A DNA stretch of 64,000 bases from Candidatus Magasanikbacteria bacterium RIFCSPHIGHO2_01_FULL_33_34 (GTDB lineage Bacteria; Patescibacteriota; Patescibacteriia; Magasanikbacterales; UBA922). Each line of letters begins with the position of its first letter. The stretch's first letter is position 1. The notes beneath the pieces are model-generated. The model saw only the letters and a list, made by a program, of their open reading frames with translations. It had not been told where the DNA came from and searched no databases. Location: NCBI GenBank assembly GCA_001782825.1, contig MFPS01000008.1, positions 137,012-201,011 of the forward strand, written 5' to 3'. This document shows, piece after piece, positions 38,068 through 47,841 of the stretch. The translations under genes and the position numbers were made by a program.

Positions 38068-39457
38068 ACAAATCAAAATTAATAGAAAATTATTTGATAA
38101 AGCTAATAAAGATTCATCAAAATATATTGCAAAACCAGGTCTTACAAGGGAGTTGGTGATTGAAATTTCAAAACAAAAAAAAGAACCAAAATGGATGTTA
38201 GACAAAAGACTTGAAGCTTATCAATTGTATATCAAAGCACCGATGCCAAATTGGGGACCAGATTTGAGTAAACTTAATCTTGATGAGATTGTATATTTTG
38301 TACGTCCTGATACCGAGGAAAAAACTACTTGGGAAGAAGTGCCTGAAGAAATCAAAAAAACTTTTGATAGATTAGGTATACCAGAAGCTGAAAAAAAATC
38401 ATTGGCTGGGGTAGGCGCACAATATGATAGTGATATAGTTTATCACAATCTTCAGACAAATCTCAAAAAACAAGGAGTTATATTTGAAAATATGGATGTG
38501 GCAGTTCAAAAGTATCCTGAACTTGTAAAAAAACATTTTATGACTAATTGTGTGCCAATTACCGATCATAAATTTGCTTCTCTGCATGCGGCTGTATGGT
38601 CTGGTGGAACATTTATATATATACCCAAAGGTATTAAAGTTGAACTGCCATTACAGGCCTATTTTAGGATGAATGCAGAAGCTGGTGGGCAATTTGAGCA
38701 TACTATGATAATAGTAGATGAAGGAGCTGATGTGGCTTATATTGAAGGTTGTTCAGCACCACGATATTCAAAAAATTCATTACATGCTGGGTGTGTTGAA
38801 ATTTTTGTAGGAAAAAATGCAAAGATGAAATATTTTTCTATAGAAAATTGGTCAAAAAATACTTATAACTTGAATACTAAACGAGCATTGGTAGAAAAAA
38901 ATGCTACTATGGAGTGGGTGAGTGGTAACCTTGGGTCAGGTGTTACTATGTTGTATCCTTGTTCAATATTGCGAGGTGAGGGTGCAAAAAGTGACAATCT
39001 TGGCATTGCATATTCAGGTGAAGGTCAAGATCAAGATATTGGAGCTAAAACAATTCATGTTGCACCAAATACCAGCTCTATAACAAAATCTAGATCAATT
39101 TCAGCTTATGGTGGACGATCTACATTTAGAGGTTTGGTCAAAATAAGTAAAAATGCAAAAAACTCTAAAGCCATAGTAATATGTGATGGTCTTTTGATGG
39201 ATGAAAAATCATCTTGTAATACTATTCCTTCAATGGATATATATAATAATGAAGTCGAAGCAGCCCATGAAGCTAGGGTTGGTAAAATAGGTGACGAAGA
39301 AATATTTTATTTGATGAGTAAAGGAATAAGTGAAGAAAGAGCTATACAGTTAATTGTAGCTGGTTTTATTGAGCCAATAGTTAAGGTTTTGCCATTTGAG
39401 TATGCACTGGAATTAAATAGACTAATTGAAATGGAAATGGAGGGAAGTATAATATGA
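38060..39457 (+). CDS. sufB: Fe-S cluster assembly protein SufB (SufBD family)
   Basis: 465 aa, SufB/D beta-helix C-terminal region (GAKTIHVAPNTSS...), operon context with sufC/sufS. Confidence 0.8.
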   Translation: MSKQIKINRKLFDKANKDSSKYIAKPGLTRELVIEISKQKKEPKWMLDKRLEAYQLYIKAPMPNWGPDLSKLNLDEIVYFVRPDTEEKTTWEEVPEEIKKTFDRLGIPEAEKKSLAGVGAQYDSDIVYHNLQTNLKKQGVIFENMDVAVQKYPELVKKHFMTNCVPITDHKFASLHAAVWSGGTFIYIPKGIKVELPLQAYFRMNAEAGGQFEHTMIIVDEGADVAYIEGCSAPRYSKNSLHAGCVEIFVGKNAKMKYFSIENWSKNTYNLNTKRALVEKNATMEWVSGNLGSGVTMLYPCSILRGEGAKSDNLGIAYSGEGQDQDIGAKTIHVAPNTSSITKSRSISAYGGRSTFRGLVKISKNAKNSKAIVICDGLLMDEKSSCNTIPSMDIYNNEVEAAHEARVGKIGDEEIFYLMSKGISEERAIQLIVAGFIEPIVKVLPFEYALELNRLIEMEMEGSII

Positions 39458-40650
39458 AGAATTTAAAACAAGATTTTCCAATCTTTAAAAATCAAAATAA
39501 TCTAGCTTATTTAGATAATTCGTCTACAACACAAATGTCAGAAGGGGTTGTAAAATCAATTAACAAATACAATACAGAATATAAAGCAAATATTCATCGT
39601 GGATTATATAAAATTAGTGAGCTTGCAACTCAAGAATATGAAAAGTCTAGATCAGTAGTAGCTAATTTTATCAATGCCAAAGATTCTGAAATTATTTTTA
39701 ATAGTGGAACAACATTTGGTATTAATCATTTAGCTTATTCACTTTGCAAAAATTTAAAATCAACTGATAATATTGTATTAACAATAATGGAACATCACGC
39801 TAATTTTGTTCCATGGCAACAGCTCAGTAAACAATATGGGTTTGAGATTCGCTTGATTGAACTTGATGATAATCTGGAACTGGATATTGAAAAGGCTAAA
39901 AAAATTATTGATAATAATACAAAAATAGTTTCATTTGTGCATATTTCAAATACCATTGGTACGATCAATCCTGCAAAAACAATTGTAAATATTGCTAATA
40001 AAGTTGGAGCAATTAGCATTATTGATGGAGCGCAATCTATAGCGCATATGAAAGTTGATGTAAAAGAGATTGATTGTGATTTCTTTGTATTTTCTGGCCA
40101 TAAAGTAGGTGGACCGACTGGTGTTGGTGTAATTTATGGAAAAAGTACTAGATTAGAAAAACTTGAACCATTTATTTATGGCGGATCAATGATAAACGAA
40201 GTTAACATAGATGAATCAGTCTGGAATGAAATCCCTTATAGATTTGAAGCTGGTACACCTAATATATCTGGAGTAATTGGACTTGGGAAAGCTTTGGAAT
40301 ATATTAATAAAATTGGTTTAGACAATATTATAAAATATGAACAAAGCTTGACCGAGTATGCAATAGCTAAACTTAATAAAATTGATAAGCTTAAAATAAT
40401 TGGTTCAAATAAAAATAGAGTAGGTATAATATCATGCCTTGTAGAAGGGTTACATCCACATGATATAGCGACTATCTTGGATAAAGATGGGGTTGCTGTT
40501 AGGGCTGGATTACATTGTACAGAACCATTAATGAATTATCTGCAAGTAAATGGTACAATTAGGGTTTCTTTTTGGGTATATAATGATAAGGATGATGTAG
40601 ATAGACTTGTCATGGGCATAAAAAAGGCAATTAAGCTGTTTAAAATATAA
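39454..40650 (+). CDS. sufS: Cysteine desulfurase SufS-like (group II)
   Basis: FSGHKVGGPTGVG PLP-Lys, RAGLHCTEP catalytic Cys loop. Confidence 0.85.
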   Translation: MKNLKQDFPIFKNQNNLAYLDNSSTTQMSEGVVKSINKYNTEYKANIHRGLYKISELATQEYEKSRSVVANFINAKDSEIIFNSGTTFGINHLAYSLCKNLKSTDNIVLTIMEHHANFVPWQQLSKQYGFEIRLIELDDNLELDIEKAKKIIDNNTKIVSFVHISNTIGTINPAKTIVNIANKVGAISIIDGAQSIAHMKVDVKEIDCDFFVFSGHKVGGPTGVGVIYGKSTRLEKLEPFIYGGSMINEVNIDESVWNEIPYRFEAGTPNISGVIGLGKALEYINKIGLDNIIKYEQSLTEYAIAKLNKIDKLKIIGSNKNRVGIISCLVEGLHPHDIATILDKDGVAVRAGLHCTEPLMNYLQVNGTIRVSFWVYNDKDDVDRLVMGIKKAIKLFKI

Positions 40651-40652
40651 TT

Positions 40653-41027
40653 ATGGATGAATTATATAAAGAATTTATTTTGGAACTTAATAGGAATCCA
40701 TTGCATAAAAAAGTGTTAAATAATTTTGATATAGAGCAAAAAGCTGTTAATAAATCTTGTGGAGATGATATAAAAATACAAATAAAACTTGATCAAAATG
40801 GAATAATACTTGATGTGGGCTATCAAGGTCAAGGTTGTGCAATTTCTCAAGCTGGAGTTTCCTTGCTTTTGGATAATATAATTAAAAAAAAGGTGAGTGA
40901 TATTCAAGCTTATGATGAAGAAAAAATGATTGATATTTTTGGAACAGATATAATTTATTCCAGAAAAAAATGTTTAATGCTGGGACTTGATGCTGTTATT
41001 GCTGGTTTAAATTCTATGAAAAAATAA
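40653..41027 (+). CDS. sufU: SufU/IscU-family Fe-S scaffold / sulfur acceptor
   Basis: NRNPLH, CGDDIK, GQGCAISQA, third Cys near C-terminus; 124 aa. Confidence 0.7.
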   Translation: MDELYKEFILELNRNPLHKKVLNNFDIEQKAVNKSCGDDIKIQIKLDQNGIILDVGYQGQGCAISQAGVSLLLDNIIKKKVSDIQAYDEEKMIDIFGTDIIYSRKKCLMLGLDAVIAGLNSMKK

Positions 41028-41028
41028 T

Positions 41029-41757
41029 ATGAGGAAATTGGAAATAAAAAATTTATTTGTTGAAGTTGATAATAAAGTAGTGATCAAAGGTCTTGACTTA
41101 GTGATTAATAGAGGAGAAATCCATGTAATGATGGGCCCAAATGGATCTGGTAAATCAACTTTAGCTAATGCTTTGATGGGCCATCCAAAATATAAAATTA
41201 CTAAAGGTAATATTATAATTGATGGGATTGATATGACCAAAAAGAAATCAGATAGTAGAGCAAAAGCTGGTTTATTTTTATCAATGCAAAATCCACCGGA
41301 AGTTACAGGAGTTAGTTTGAATAATTTTGTGAGAACATCAGTGGAAAGCATCAAAGATGAAAAAATTAATCCAGTAAAATTTTACAGAACTTTGTCTGAT
41401 AAGTTAGAGACCATGGGGATAAATAAAGATTTTTTAAAGCGCCATGTGAATGTTGGTTTTTCAGGTGGAGAAAAAAAACAAATGGAAATTGTACAGCTGT
41501 TAATATTAAATCCAAATTATGTTATCTTAGATGAGATTGATTCAGGGCTTGATGTAGATGCTTTAAAAAAAGTTTCAGAAGGTATTAATAATTTCTTTAA
41601 TAAAGATAAGGCAATTTTGATGATTACTCATTATAGTAGAATATTAGACTATATTAAGCCAAATTTTGTTCATATTATGAAAAATGGTAAAATAACTAAA
41701 TCAGGAAATGAAAAAATGGTTAAAATTATAGAAAAACAAGGTTATTCAAATAAATAA
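41029..41757 (+). CDS. sufC: Fe-S assembly ATPase SufC
   Basis: GPNGSGKSTLANALMGHPKY, FSGGEKKQ, ILDEIDSGLD. Confidence 0.9.
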   Translation: MRKLEIKNLFVEVDNKVVIKGLDLVINRGEIHVMMGPNGSGKSTLANALMGHPKYKITKGNIIIDGIDMTKKKSDSRAKAGLFLSMQNPPEVTGVSLNNFVRTSVESIKDEKINPVKFYRTLSDKLETMGINKDFLKRHVNVGFSGGEKKQMEIVQLLILNPNYVILDEIDSGLDVDALKKVSEGINNFFNKDKAILMITHYSRILDYIKPNFVHIMKNGKITKSGNEKMVKIIEKQGYSNK

Positions 41758-41766
41758 TAAATTTTT

Positions 41767-42291
41767 ATGAAAAAGATTATAATAGGAGTAGTAAGTTTTA
41801 TCTTTGCAATAAGTATTTTTTTACCAACACAAAATATAAATGCACAAGAAGAGGGTAATGGTGAAATAGAAAAAATTGAATATATTTTGTTCCATCTTGA
41901 AACTTGCCCACATTGTCGTGATGAAATTAAATTTTTGAATAAAAAAATATTACCAAAATATGGAGAATTTATTGATTTGAAGATGTATGAAGTAAGTGAT
42001 GAAAAAAACGGAGATATTTTTCGTCAATATGGAGTTTATTATGATGTTGAAGTTGGAAGTGTGCCTATGGCGATTATAGATGGTGAAATTGTAATGGGAT
42101 ATGGCAATGATAATACTACTGGCAAAACAATAATGGAAATAGTTGAGAGAAAATTGATTGAACATGGTATAAGTATCAGTACAAACGATATTGATGAAAA
42201 TAATAAATCTTCACAGATTTTGTTGTTTGTTTTTATAACTGTAGTTTTAATTATTATAATTATTTTTTCAAAAAAATATTTTAAAAAATAA
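41767..42291 (+). CDS. Membrane-anchored extracytoplasmic thioredoxin-like protein with DsbA-type CPHC motif
   Basis: Signal peptide, LETCPHCRDE in Trx fold, C-terminal TM helix. Confidence 0.65.
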   Translation: MKKIIIGVVSFIFAISIFLPTQNINAQEEGNGEIEKIEYILFHLETCPHCRDEIKFLNKKILPKYGEFIDLKMYEVSDEKNGDIFRQYGVYYDVEVGSVPMAIIDGEIVMGYGNDNTTGKTIMEIVERKLIEHGISISTNDIDENNKSSQILLFVFITVVLIIIIIFSKKYFKK

Positions 42292-42294
42292 TTT

Positions 42295-42582
42295 ATGATA
42301 AATAAAGATGATGTAATTAAGATATTGGAAACTGTATTGGATCCAGAGTTGGGGATTGATATTTGGACAATGGGATTAATTTATGATATAAATATAATCA
42401 ATGAAAATCAGATAAAAATACTGATGACTTATACAACCCCAACTTGTCCAGCTGGTTCTGAAATTCAGCAAAATATGCGTAGCACTTTATCTAAGGCTGG
42501 ATTTGAAAAGATTGATATAAAAGTAACTTTTGATCCATTATGGCAACCATCTGAAGAGCTTCGGGCAGCATTAAGTTCATAA
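42295..42582 (+). CDS. sufT: SufT/DUF59 (MIP18-family) Fe-S assembly protein
   Basis: VLDPELGIDIWTMGLIYDI motif, 95 aa. Confidence 0.75.
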   Translation: MINKDDVIKILETVLDPELGIDIWTMGLIYDINIINENQIKILMTYTTPTCPAGSEIQQNMRSTLSKAGFEKIDIKVTFDPLWQPSEELRAALSS

Positions 42583-42611
42583 TATAATTAATAAATATTT
42601 AAAATAAAAAT

Positions 42612-42872
42612 ATGGCAAATGAATCATCAGCCACAAAAACAAGTGGTAAAATTAGAAAAATTGTGATAGATAGAGATGCTTGTATTGGAGCAAGATCATG
42701 CGTAATAGCAGCGTCTAACACTTTTGAAATGGATGATGAAAATTTAGCTCTTGTAAAGTCTGATGCTAGTAATTTTGATAGTGATGATACTATTATGCAA
42801 GGCGCAGAGGCTTGTCCAGTATTATGTATTCATTTATATGGTGAAGATGGTAAAAAGATTTTTCCAAATTAA
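42612..42872 (+). CDS. Single-cluster ferredoxin
   Basis: CIGARSC ... CPVLCI cysteine spacing typical of mono-cluster [4Fe-4S]/[3Fe-4S] ferredoxins. Confidence 0.7.
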   Translation: MANESSATKTSGKIRKIVIDRDACIGARSCVIAASNTFEMDDENLALVKSDASNFDSDDTIMQGAEACPVLCIHLYGEDGKKIFPN

Positions 42873-42899
42873 TGAATAGCATGAATTAATTTATAAATT

Positions 42900-43049
42900 A
42901 TTCTTTAATAGAATAATTTATAATTAGAGATTATCATTCGCTCCCTGCCTGCCGGCAGGCAGGATTCTCGCTGTGGCTCCGAGGTGATTACCTGTTGTGG
43001 TAATCAAATCCGCTCATAATAATCTCTAATCATTAATTCTATTTTATAT
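42900..43049. mobile_element. MITE-like palindromic element: 11-bp flanking direct repeats, about 40-bp imperfect terminal inverted repeats, GC-rich hairpin core
   Basis: Direct repeats TTTATAAATTA at 42889-42899 and 43050-43060; TIR core ATTAGAGATTAT (42923-42934) / ATAATCTCTAAT (43019-43030); internal perfect palindrome CCTGCCTGCC|GGCAGGCAGG; local GC far above flanks. Confidence 0.4.
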
Positions 43050-43061
43050 TTATAAATTAAT

Positions 43062-43090
43062 AAAATACCACTTAGTGGTATTTTATTTTA
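43062..43090. terminator. Bidirectional terminator hairpin (AAAATACCAC-TTAG-TGGTATTTT) between convergent ferredoxin and NUDIX genes
   Basis: 9-10 bp stem flanked by A- and T-runs. Confidence 0.55.
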
Positions 43091-43502
43091 CGTATTTTCT
43101 AACACTTAGAAAATATTCAGCATCGGCTGGTATAGACAATATATCCATTACTTCATCAATAGGCACCCATTTGACCTCAGCTATATCATATTCAATTTGT
43201 TTCAATTCGTCTTCTTCAGTTTCAAATATATACATGTTTAATGTAATAAATTCATCTGGTTTATAAGAATTAGCTCTCTGATAAGTAGGGAGTTTTTTGA
43301 TAACTTCAACTTCTTTTACACCAGTCTCTTCATATACTTCACGTTTAGCTGCATCCAAAATGTTTTCATTTTCTCGAATTCCACCTTTTGGGAAGCCCCA
43401 TATATTATGATGCATTTTTACTAGCGCAATATGCCTAGTTTTTTTATTGATAAGAATTGCACCAGCATCATCTTTAAAGTTAGAAAAATCTTTATTCTCC
43501 AT
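43083..43502 (-). CDS. NUDIX hydrolase
   Basis: NUDIX box GGIRENENILDAAKREVYEETGV. Confidence 0.85.
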   Translation of the reverse strand: MENKDFSNFKDDAGAILINKKTRHIALVKMHHNIWGFPKGGIRENENILDAAKREVYEETGVKEVEVIKKLPTYQRANSYKPDEFITLNMYIFETEEDELKQIEYDIAEVKWVPIDEVMDILSIPADAEYFLSVRKYVK

Positions 43503-43504
43503 AT

Positions 43505-46144
43505 TTAATATTTGAATGATAATTTATTGTTCTTTATAGAAATATCAACAGTACTTCCGGATTGTATTTTACCATCAATTATATTTAATGCCAAGGTATC
43601 CAAAAGTTTTGTTTGGATTAGTCTACGCATTGGTCTAGCACCAAGATTAGGATCATAGCCTTTCTTACCTAGCCAATCTTTGGCAGTATTAGTAATATTT
43701 AATTCTATACCTTGGCTATTCAAACGCTCAAAAACTTGTTTTAATTGCAAATCAACAATTTGTCGTATATCTTTTTCACTTAAAGGATGAAAAGTAATTA
43801 TTTCGTCAATTCTATTTAAAAATTCTGGCTTAAAGTGATCTCGTAATGCGTCCATAATTCTTTCTTTTATTTTTTCTTCTTGTTTTTTTGGATTATTTTT
43901 TTTGTTATCATCAAATCCAAAATCACTATTTTTACCCATTTGCATTATCATATCTGAGCCAATATTACTGGTCATAATGATAACTGAATTTTTGAAATTT
44001 ACTTTTTTACCCTTAGCATCAGTTAAATGGCCATCTTCTAAAATTTGCAACATCATATTAAAAATATCTGGATGGGCTTTTTCAATTTCATCAAATAATA
44101 TAACTGAATAAGGCTTTCTTCTTATTTTTTCAGTGAGTTGGCCACCTTCGTCATAACCAACATAACCAGGTGGAGAACCAATCATTTTGCTTACAGAATG
44201 CTTTTCCATAAATTCACTCATATCTACTCGGATTATAGCTTCTTCATCATTAAACATAAATTCAGCCAAAGCTTTGGCTAATTCAGTTTTTCCCACACCA
44301 GTCGGACCCATAAAGATAAAGGATCCAATTGGTCTTTTTTCCTCAGAAATTCCTGCTCTAGAACGTCTAATCGCATTAGAAACTGCTTGAATTGCTTCTT
44401 TTTGACCAATAACACGATTTTCTAAAACGCTTTCCATTTTTGCTAGTTTTCGCACTTCATCTTCAAGCATTTTGGCAACTGGTATTCCAGTCCAACGAGA
44501 GACTACCGACGCAATATCCTCTTCTGTAACTTCTTCTTTTAGAATTGATCTACCTTGTTGTATTTCTGCTAACTTATTTTCATCTTTTTTAATAGCTTCT
44601 TCTATAGCTGGAATTTTTCCATACCTAAGTTCAGCTACTTTTTGTAAGTTTCCTTTTCTTTCTTCAATATCAGCACTTTGTTTTAATTTGTCTATTTCTT
44701 TTTTATGGCCACGAATCATGGTAATAATTTCTTTTTCATTTTTCCAATGCACTTCTATTTCATTACTTTTTTCACGAATATTTTCCAATTCTTTTTTTAG
44801 TTTTGAGTATCTATCTTTTGAAGATTCATCTTTTTCTTTTTTGAGTGCATTCATCTCAATTTCAAGTTTCATCATTTTTCTTTTCATTTTGTCTAATTCG
44901 TCTGGCATTGAATCGATTTCCATTCGTAAAGCTGAAGTTGCTTCATCGATCAAGTCAATTGCTTTATCTGGTAAAAATCTATCATTTATATATCTACTAG
45001 AAAATTCAACAGCAGAAACAATAGCTGGATCAGTGATCCTTACTCCATGATGAACTTCATATTTTTCTTTTATACCTCTTAAAATGGCGATTGCATCTTC
45101 TTGGCTAGGTTCTACAACAAGCACAGGTTGAAACCTACGTTCAAAAGCTGCATCTTTTTCGATGTATTGATGATATTCTTTTATGGTTGTTGCGCCAATT
45201 GTATTTAATTCACCACGAGCAAGGGCTGGTTTAAGCATATTACTTGCATCAACTGCGCCTTCACTGGCTCCAGCGCCAACTATAGTATGAAGCTCATCTA
45301 TAAATAAAATAATTTTACCATCAGAATCTATTACTTCTTTGAGGACTGCCTTGAATCTTTCTTCAAATTCACCACGAAATTTTGTTCCAGCCACAAGAGA
45401 ACCAACGTCTAGGCCAATAACTTCTTTATCTTTTAAACTTTCTGGAATATCTCCATTTACAATCCTTTGTGCAAGACCTTCTACTATAGCAGTCTTACCA
45501 ACACCTGGTTCACCAATTAATACTGGATTATTTTTTGTTCTACGTGTCAAAACTTGCATTACACGGCGAATTTCATCATCACGGCCTATAACTGGATCAA
45601 GTTTTTCTTTTCTTGCCATTTCTGTAAAATTTTTACCATACTTTTCAAGAGCTTGATACTTGCTTTCTGGAGTAGGGGAATCAACTTTTTGTGTACCACG
45701 AACTGTAACCAAAATTTTCAATACATCATCGTATTGAACAGATTGGACTGATAGGGCATTACTGATAGGATTTTTATTGGTTAAAAAAGACAAAAGAAGA
45801 TGTTCAACACTAATATATTCATCACCCATTTTTTGAGATTCTTGTGAAGCATTTTGGAGGATATACATCATAGCTTGACCCATTAAAACTTGACCAAAAC
45901 CAGTATTTTTAATCTGTCCTGGATGTTTTGGAAAATGATTTATGAGTTTATCTATTTCATCGTTTAATTGTTTTAAATTTACATTTAATTTTTTTAAAAC
46001 TGACAAAACAACACCTTCTTCTTGTTCTAAAAGGGCTTTGAACAGATGTGGTGGTTCAATTTGTTGCTGTCCATTTGTATTAGCAATTTGAGCAGCATTT
46101 TGAATTGCTTCTTGAGATTTATGAGTAAAATTTTGTGGATTCAT
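43505..46144 (-). CDS. clpB: ATP-dependent chaperone ClpB
   Basis: N-domain, two AAA+ modules ([15 protein letters not shown]; [15 protein letters not shown]), long coiled-coil M-domain; 879 aa. Confidence 0.95.
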   Translation of the reverse strand: MNPQNFTHKSQEAIQNAAQIANTNGQQQIEPPHLFKALLEQEEGVVLSVLKKLNVNLKQLNDEIDKLINHFPKHPGQIKNTGFGQVLMGQAMMYILQNASQESQKMGDEYISVEHLLLSFLTNKNPISNALSVQSVQYDDVLKILVTVRGTQKVDSPTPESKYQALEKYGKNFTEMARKEKLDPVIGRDDEIRRVMQVLTRRTKNNPVLIGEPGVGKTAIVEGLAQRIVNGDIPESLKDKEVIGLDVGSLVAGTKFRGEFEERFKAVLKEVIDSDGKIILFIDELHTIVGAGASEGAVDASNMLKPALARGELNTIGATTIKEYHQYIEKDAAFERRFQPVLVVEPSQEDAIAILRGIKEKYEVHHGVRITDPAIVSAVEFSSRYINDRFLPDKAIDLIDEATSALRMEIDSMPDELDKMKRKMMKLEIEMNALKKEKDESSKDRYSKLKKELENIREKSNEIEVHWKNEKEIITMIRGHKKEIDKLKQSADIEERKGNLQKVAELRYGKIPAIEEAIKKDENKLAEIQQGRSILKEEVTEEDIASVVSRWTGIPVAKMLEDEVRKLAKMESVLENRVIGQKEAIQAVSNAIRRSRAGISEEKRPIGSFIFMGPTGVGKTELAKALAEFMFNDEEAIIRVDMSEFMEKHSVSKMIGSPPGYVGYDEGGQLTEKIRRKPYSVILFDEIEKAHPDIFNMMLQILEDGHLTDAKGKKVNFKNSVIIMTSNIGSDMIMQMGKNSDFGFDDNKKNNPKKQEEKIKERIMDALRDHFKPEFLNRIDEIITFHPLSEKDIRQIVDLQLKQVFERLNSQGIELNITNTAKDWLGKKGYDPNLGARPMRRLIQTKLLDTLALNIIDGKIQSGSTVDISIKNNKLSFKY

Positions 46145-46169
46145 ATTTAGTTAGGTAAGTTTTTAAGCA

Positions 46170-46196
46170 TTAGCACTCATCATACTAGAGTGATAA
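46170..46196. promoter_or_regulatory. CIRCE-like HrcA operator TTAGCACTC-N9-GAGTGATAA upstream of clpB
   Basis: 8/9 + 9/9 match to CIRCE consensus TTAGCACTC-N9-GAGTGCTAA, 26 bp upstream of clpB start. Confidence 0.6.
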
Positions 46197-46248
46197 TACT
46201 ATATCATATTGAAATTTATTGTCAATATATGGTAATATTATAACATGA

Positions 46249-47073
46249 ATGTCTAAAATTACATTATTATATATGTCTACAAAGGTTTTGGGGGTTAAAA
46301 TTGATACAGTAACAGAAGGACAAGCTCTTGATTTGGTTGCTAAATTTTTGAGAGAAGGTAGAGATCATTATATTTTTACACCAAATCCTGAAATGGTGAT
46401 GGCTGCTCAAAATGATTATGTATTGAGAGAAATACTAAACAGGGGAGATTTAAATATTTGTGATGGCAAAGGAATAAAATTAACCTGTGATTTACTCTAT
46501 GATAAAAATAATAAAGATGATTTGAAATATTTTAAAAGAATTTCTGGAGTAGATTTTATGTTGGACATTTGTGATTATGCTAATAGATACGGCTTTAGTA
46601 TCTATTTGCTTGGTTCTGGTAGTGAAAAAACTATTTCAATAGCTGCAAAAAAATTAAAAGATAAATTTCCAAAACTAAATATTGTTGGTTATCATCCTGG
46701 GCCAATTGTAGAATCTATACCAAACAAAAAACTTAAGTATAGGTCAAATGATAATCACAATGTAATAACCGATATTATTCAGACTCAACCAGATATTTTA
46801 TTTGTAGGTTTTGGCCATGGAAAACAAGAAAAATGGATAGCAGAAAATACTAAAAAATTACCAGGTGTAAAAATTGTAATGGGCGTTGGTGGAAGTTTTG
46901 ATTTTATATCTGGAAAAATCATGAGAGCACCAAAGATATTAAGAAAAATGGGTCTAGAATGGATGTGGAGACTATTACAAGAGCCTTCCAGAATAAAACG
47001 TGTATGGACAGCTCTTGTGGAATTTCCTTTAGCTTTTATAAAATATAGAGACAAAGATAAAGAATTAAATTGA
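46249..47073 (+). CDS. WecG/TagA/CpsF-family glycosyltransferase (wall polymer linkage-unit synthesis)
   Basis: KVLGVKIDTVT...IFTPNPEMVM pattern of the WecB/TagA family; 274 aa. Confidence 0.75.
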   Translation: MSKITLLYMSTKVLGVKIDTVTEGQALDLVAKFLREGRDHYIFTPNPEMVMAAQNDYVLREILNRGDLNICDGKGIKLTCDLLYDKNNKDDLKYFKRISGVDFMLDICDYANRYGFSIYLLGSGSEKTISIAAKKLKDKFPKLNIVGYHPGPIVESIPNKKLKYRSNDNHNVITDIIQTQPDILFVGFGHGKQEKWIAENTKKLPGVKIVMGVGGSFDFISGKIMRAPKILRKMGLEWMWRLLQEPSRIKRVWTALVEFPLAFIKYRDKDKELN

Positions 47074-47834
47074 TTATGTTACCTGCAAAAATACGTACAC
47101 ATATTACAAAACTTCATCAAAAAAAATATCGCAATTTATATAATGAATTCATCGTTGAAGGTTTAAAAGGTATTGAAGAAGCAATAAATAAAAATGCAGA
47201 GGTTATTTTTTTGGTATTTGAAAATGATTTTTTTGATAAAAATAAAAATTTTGTCAGTATTGTTGAAAAAAAAGGTATTCCAATTCATATTATTAATAAA
47301 AATGAGATTAATAAAATTAAAACCACTACCACTTATCCAGGAGTAAGCGCAGTTGTCAAGACAACTTTTTTTAAACTTGATGATTTAATTGATACCAAAC
47401 AACCAATTTTGGCTTTTGACCAAATCAATGATCCGGGTAATTTAGGTACTATCATTAGAACAGCCGAATGGTTTGATGTTAACAATATTTTATTATCCGA
47501 AAATAGTGTTGATCCATACAATGACAAGTGTGTTAGGAGTACTATGGGATCTATCTTTACATCAAAATTATTTATTAGTGATAATATTTTAGATTCTTTA
47601 ACCAAATTAAAACAAGAAGGCTACAAAATTATACTATTAGATATGTCTGGTCAAGATATCGATTTGCTCAAGCCGAAAAAAAAATCTGTATATCTTTTTG
47701 GGAGTGAATCTCATGGTATCAGAAGTAGTCTTGAGAAAATTGTGGATATGCGCTACACTATTCCCAGAAAAGGGAATACTGAATCATTAAATGTAAGTAT
47801 AGCTACTGGTATATTACTATCTAAGCTTAAATAG
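47070..47834 (+). CDS. SpoU/TrmH-family RNA 2'-O-methyltransferase
   Basis: ILAFDQINDPGNLGTIIRTAEWF, LFGSESHGI, NVSIATGILL SPOUT motifs. Confidence 0.85.
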   Translation: MIMLPAKIRTHITKLHQKKYRNLYNEFIVEGLKGIEEAINKNAEVIFLVFENDFFDKNKNFVSIVEKKGIPIHIINKNEINKIKTTTTYPGVSAVVKTTFFKLDDLIDTKQPILAFDQINDPGNLGTIIRTAEWFDVNNILLSENSVDPYNDKCVRSTMGSIFTSKLFISDNILDSLTKLKQEGYKIILLDMSGQDIDLLKPKKKSVYLFGSESHGIRSSLEKIVDMRYTIPRKGNTESLNVSIATGILLSKLK

Positions 47835-47841
47835 ATTATAT

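Noticed and set aside
43902-45751. Plus-strand ORFs (up to 192 aa, Ser/Ile/Phe-rich) inside clpB
   Set aside because: Antisense shadow ORFs of an AT-rich gene; compositionally biased, no start context
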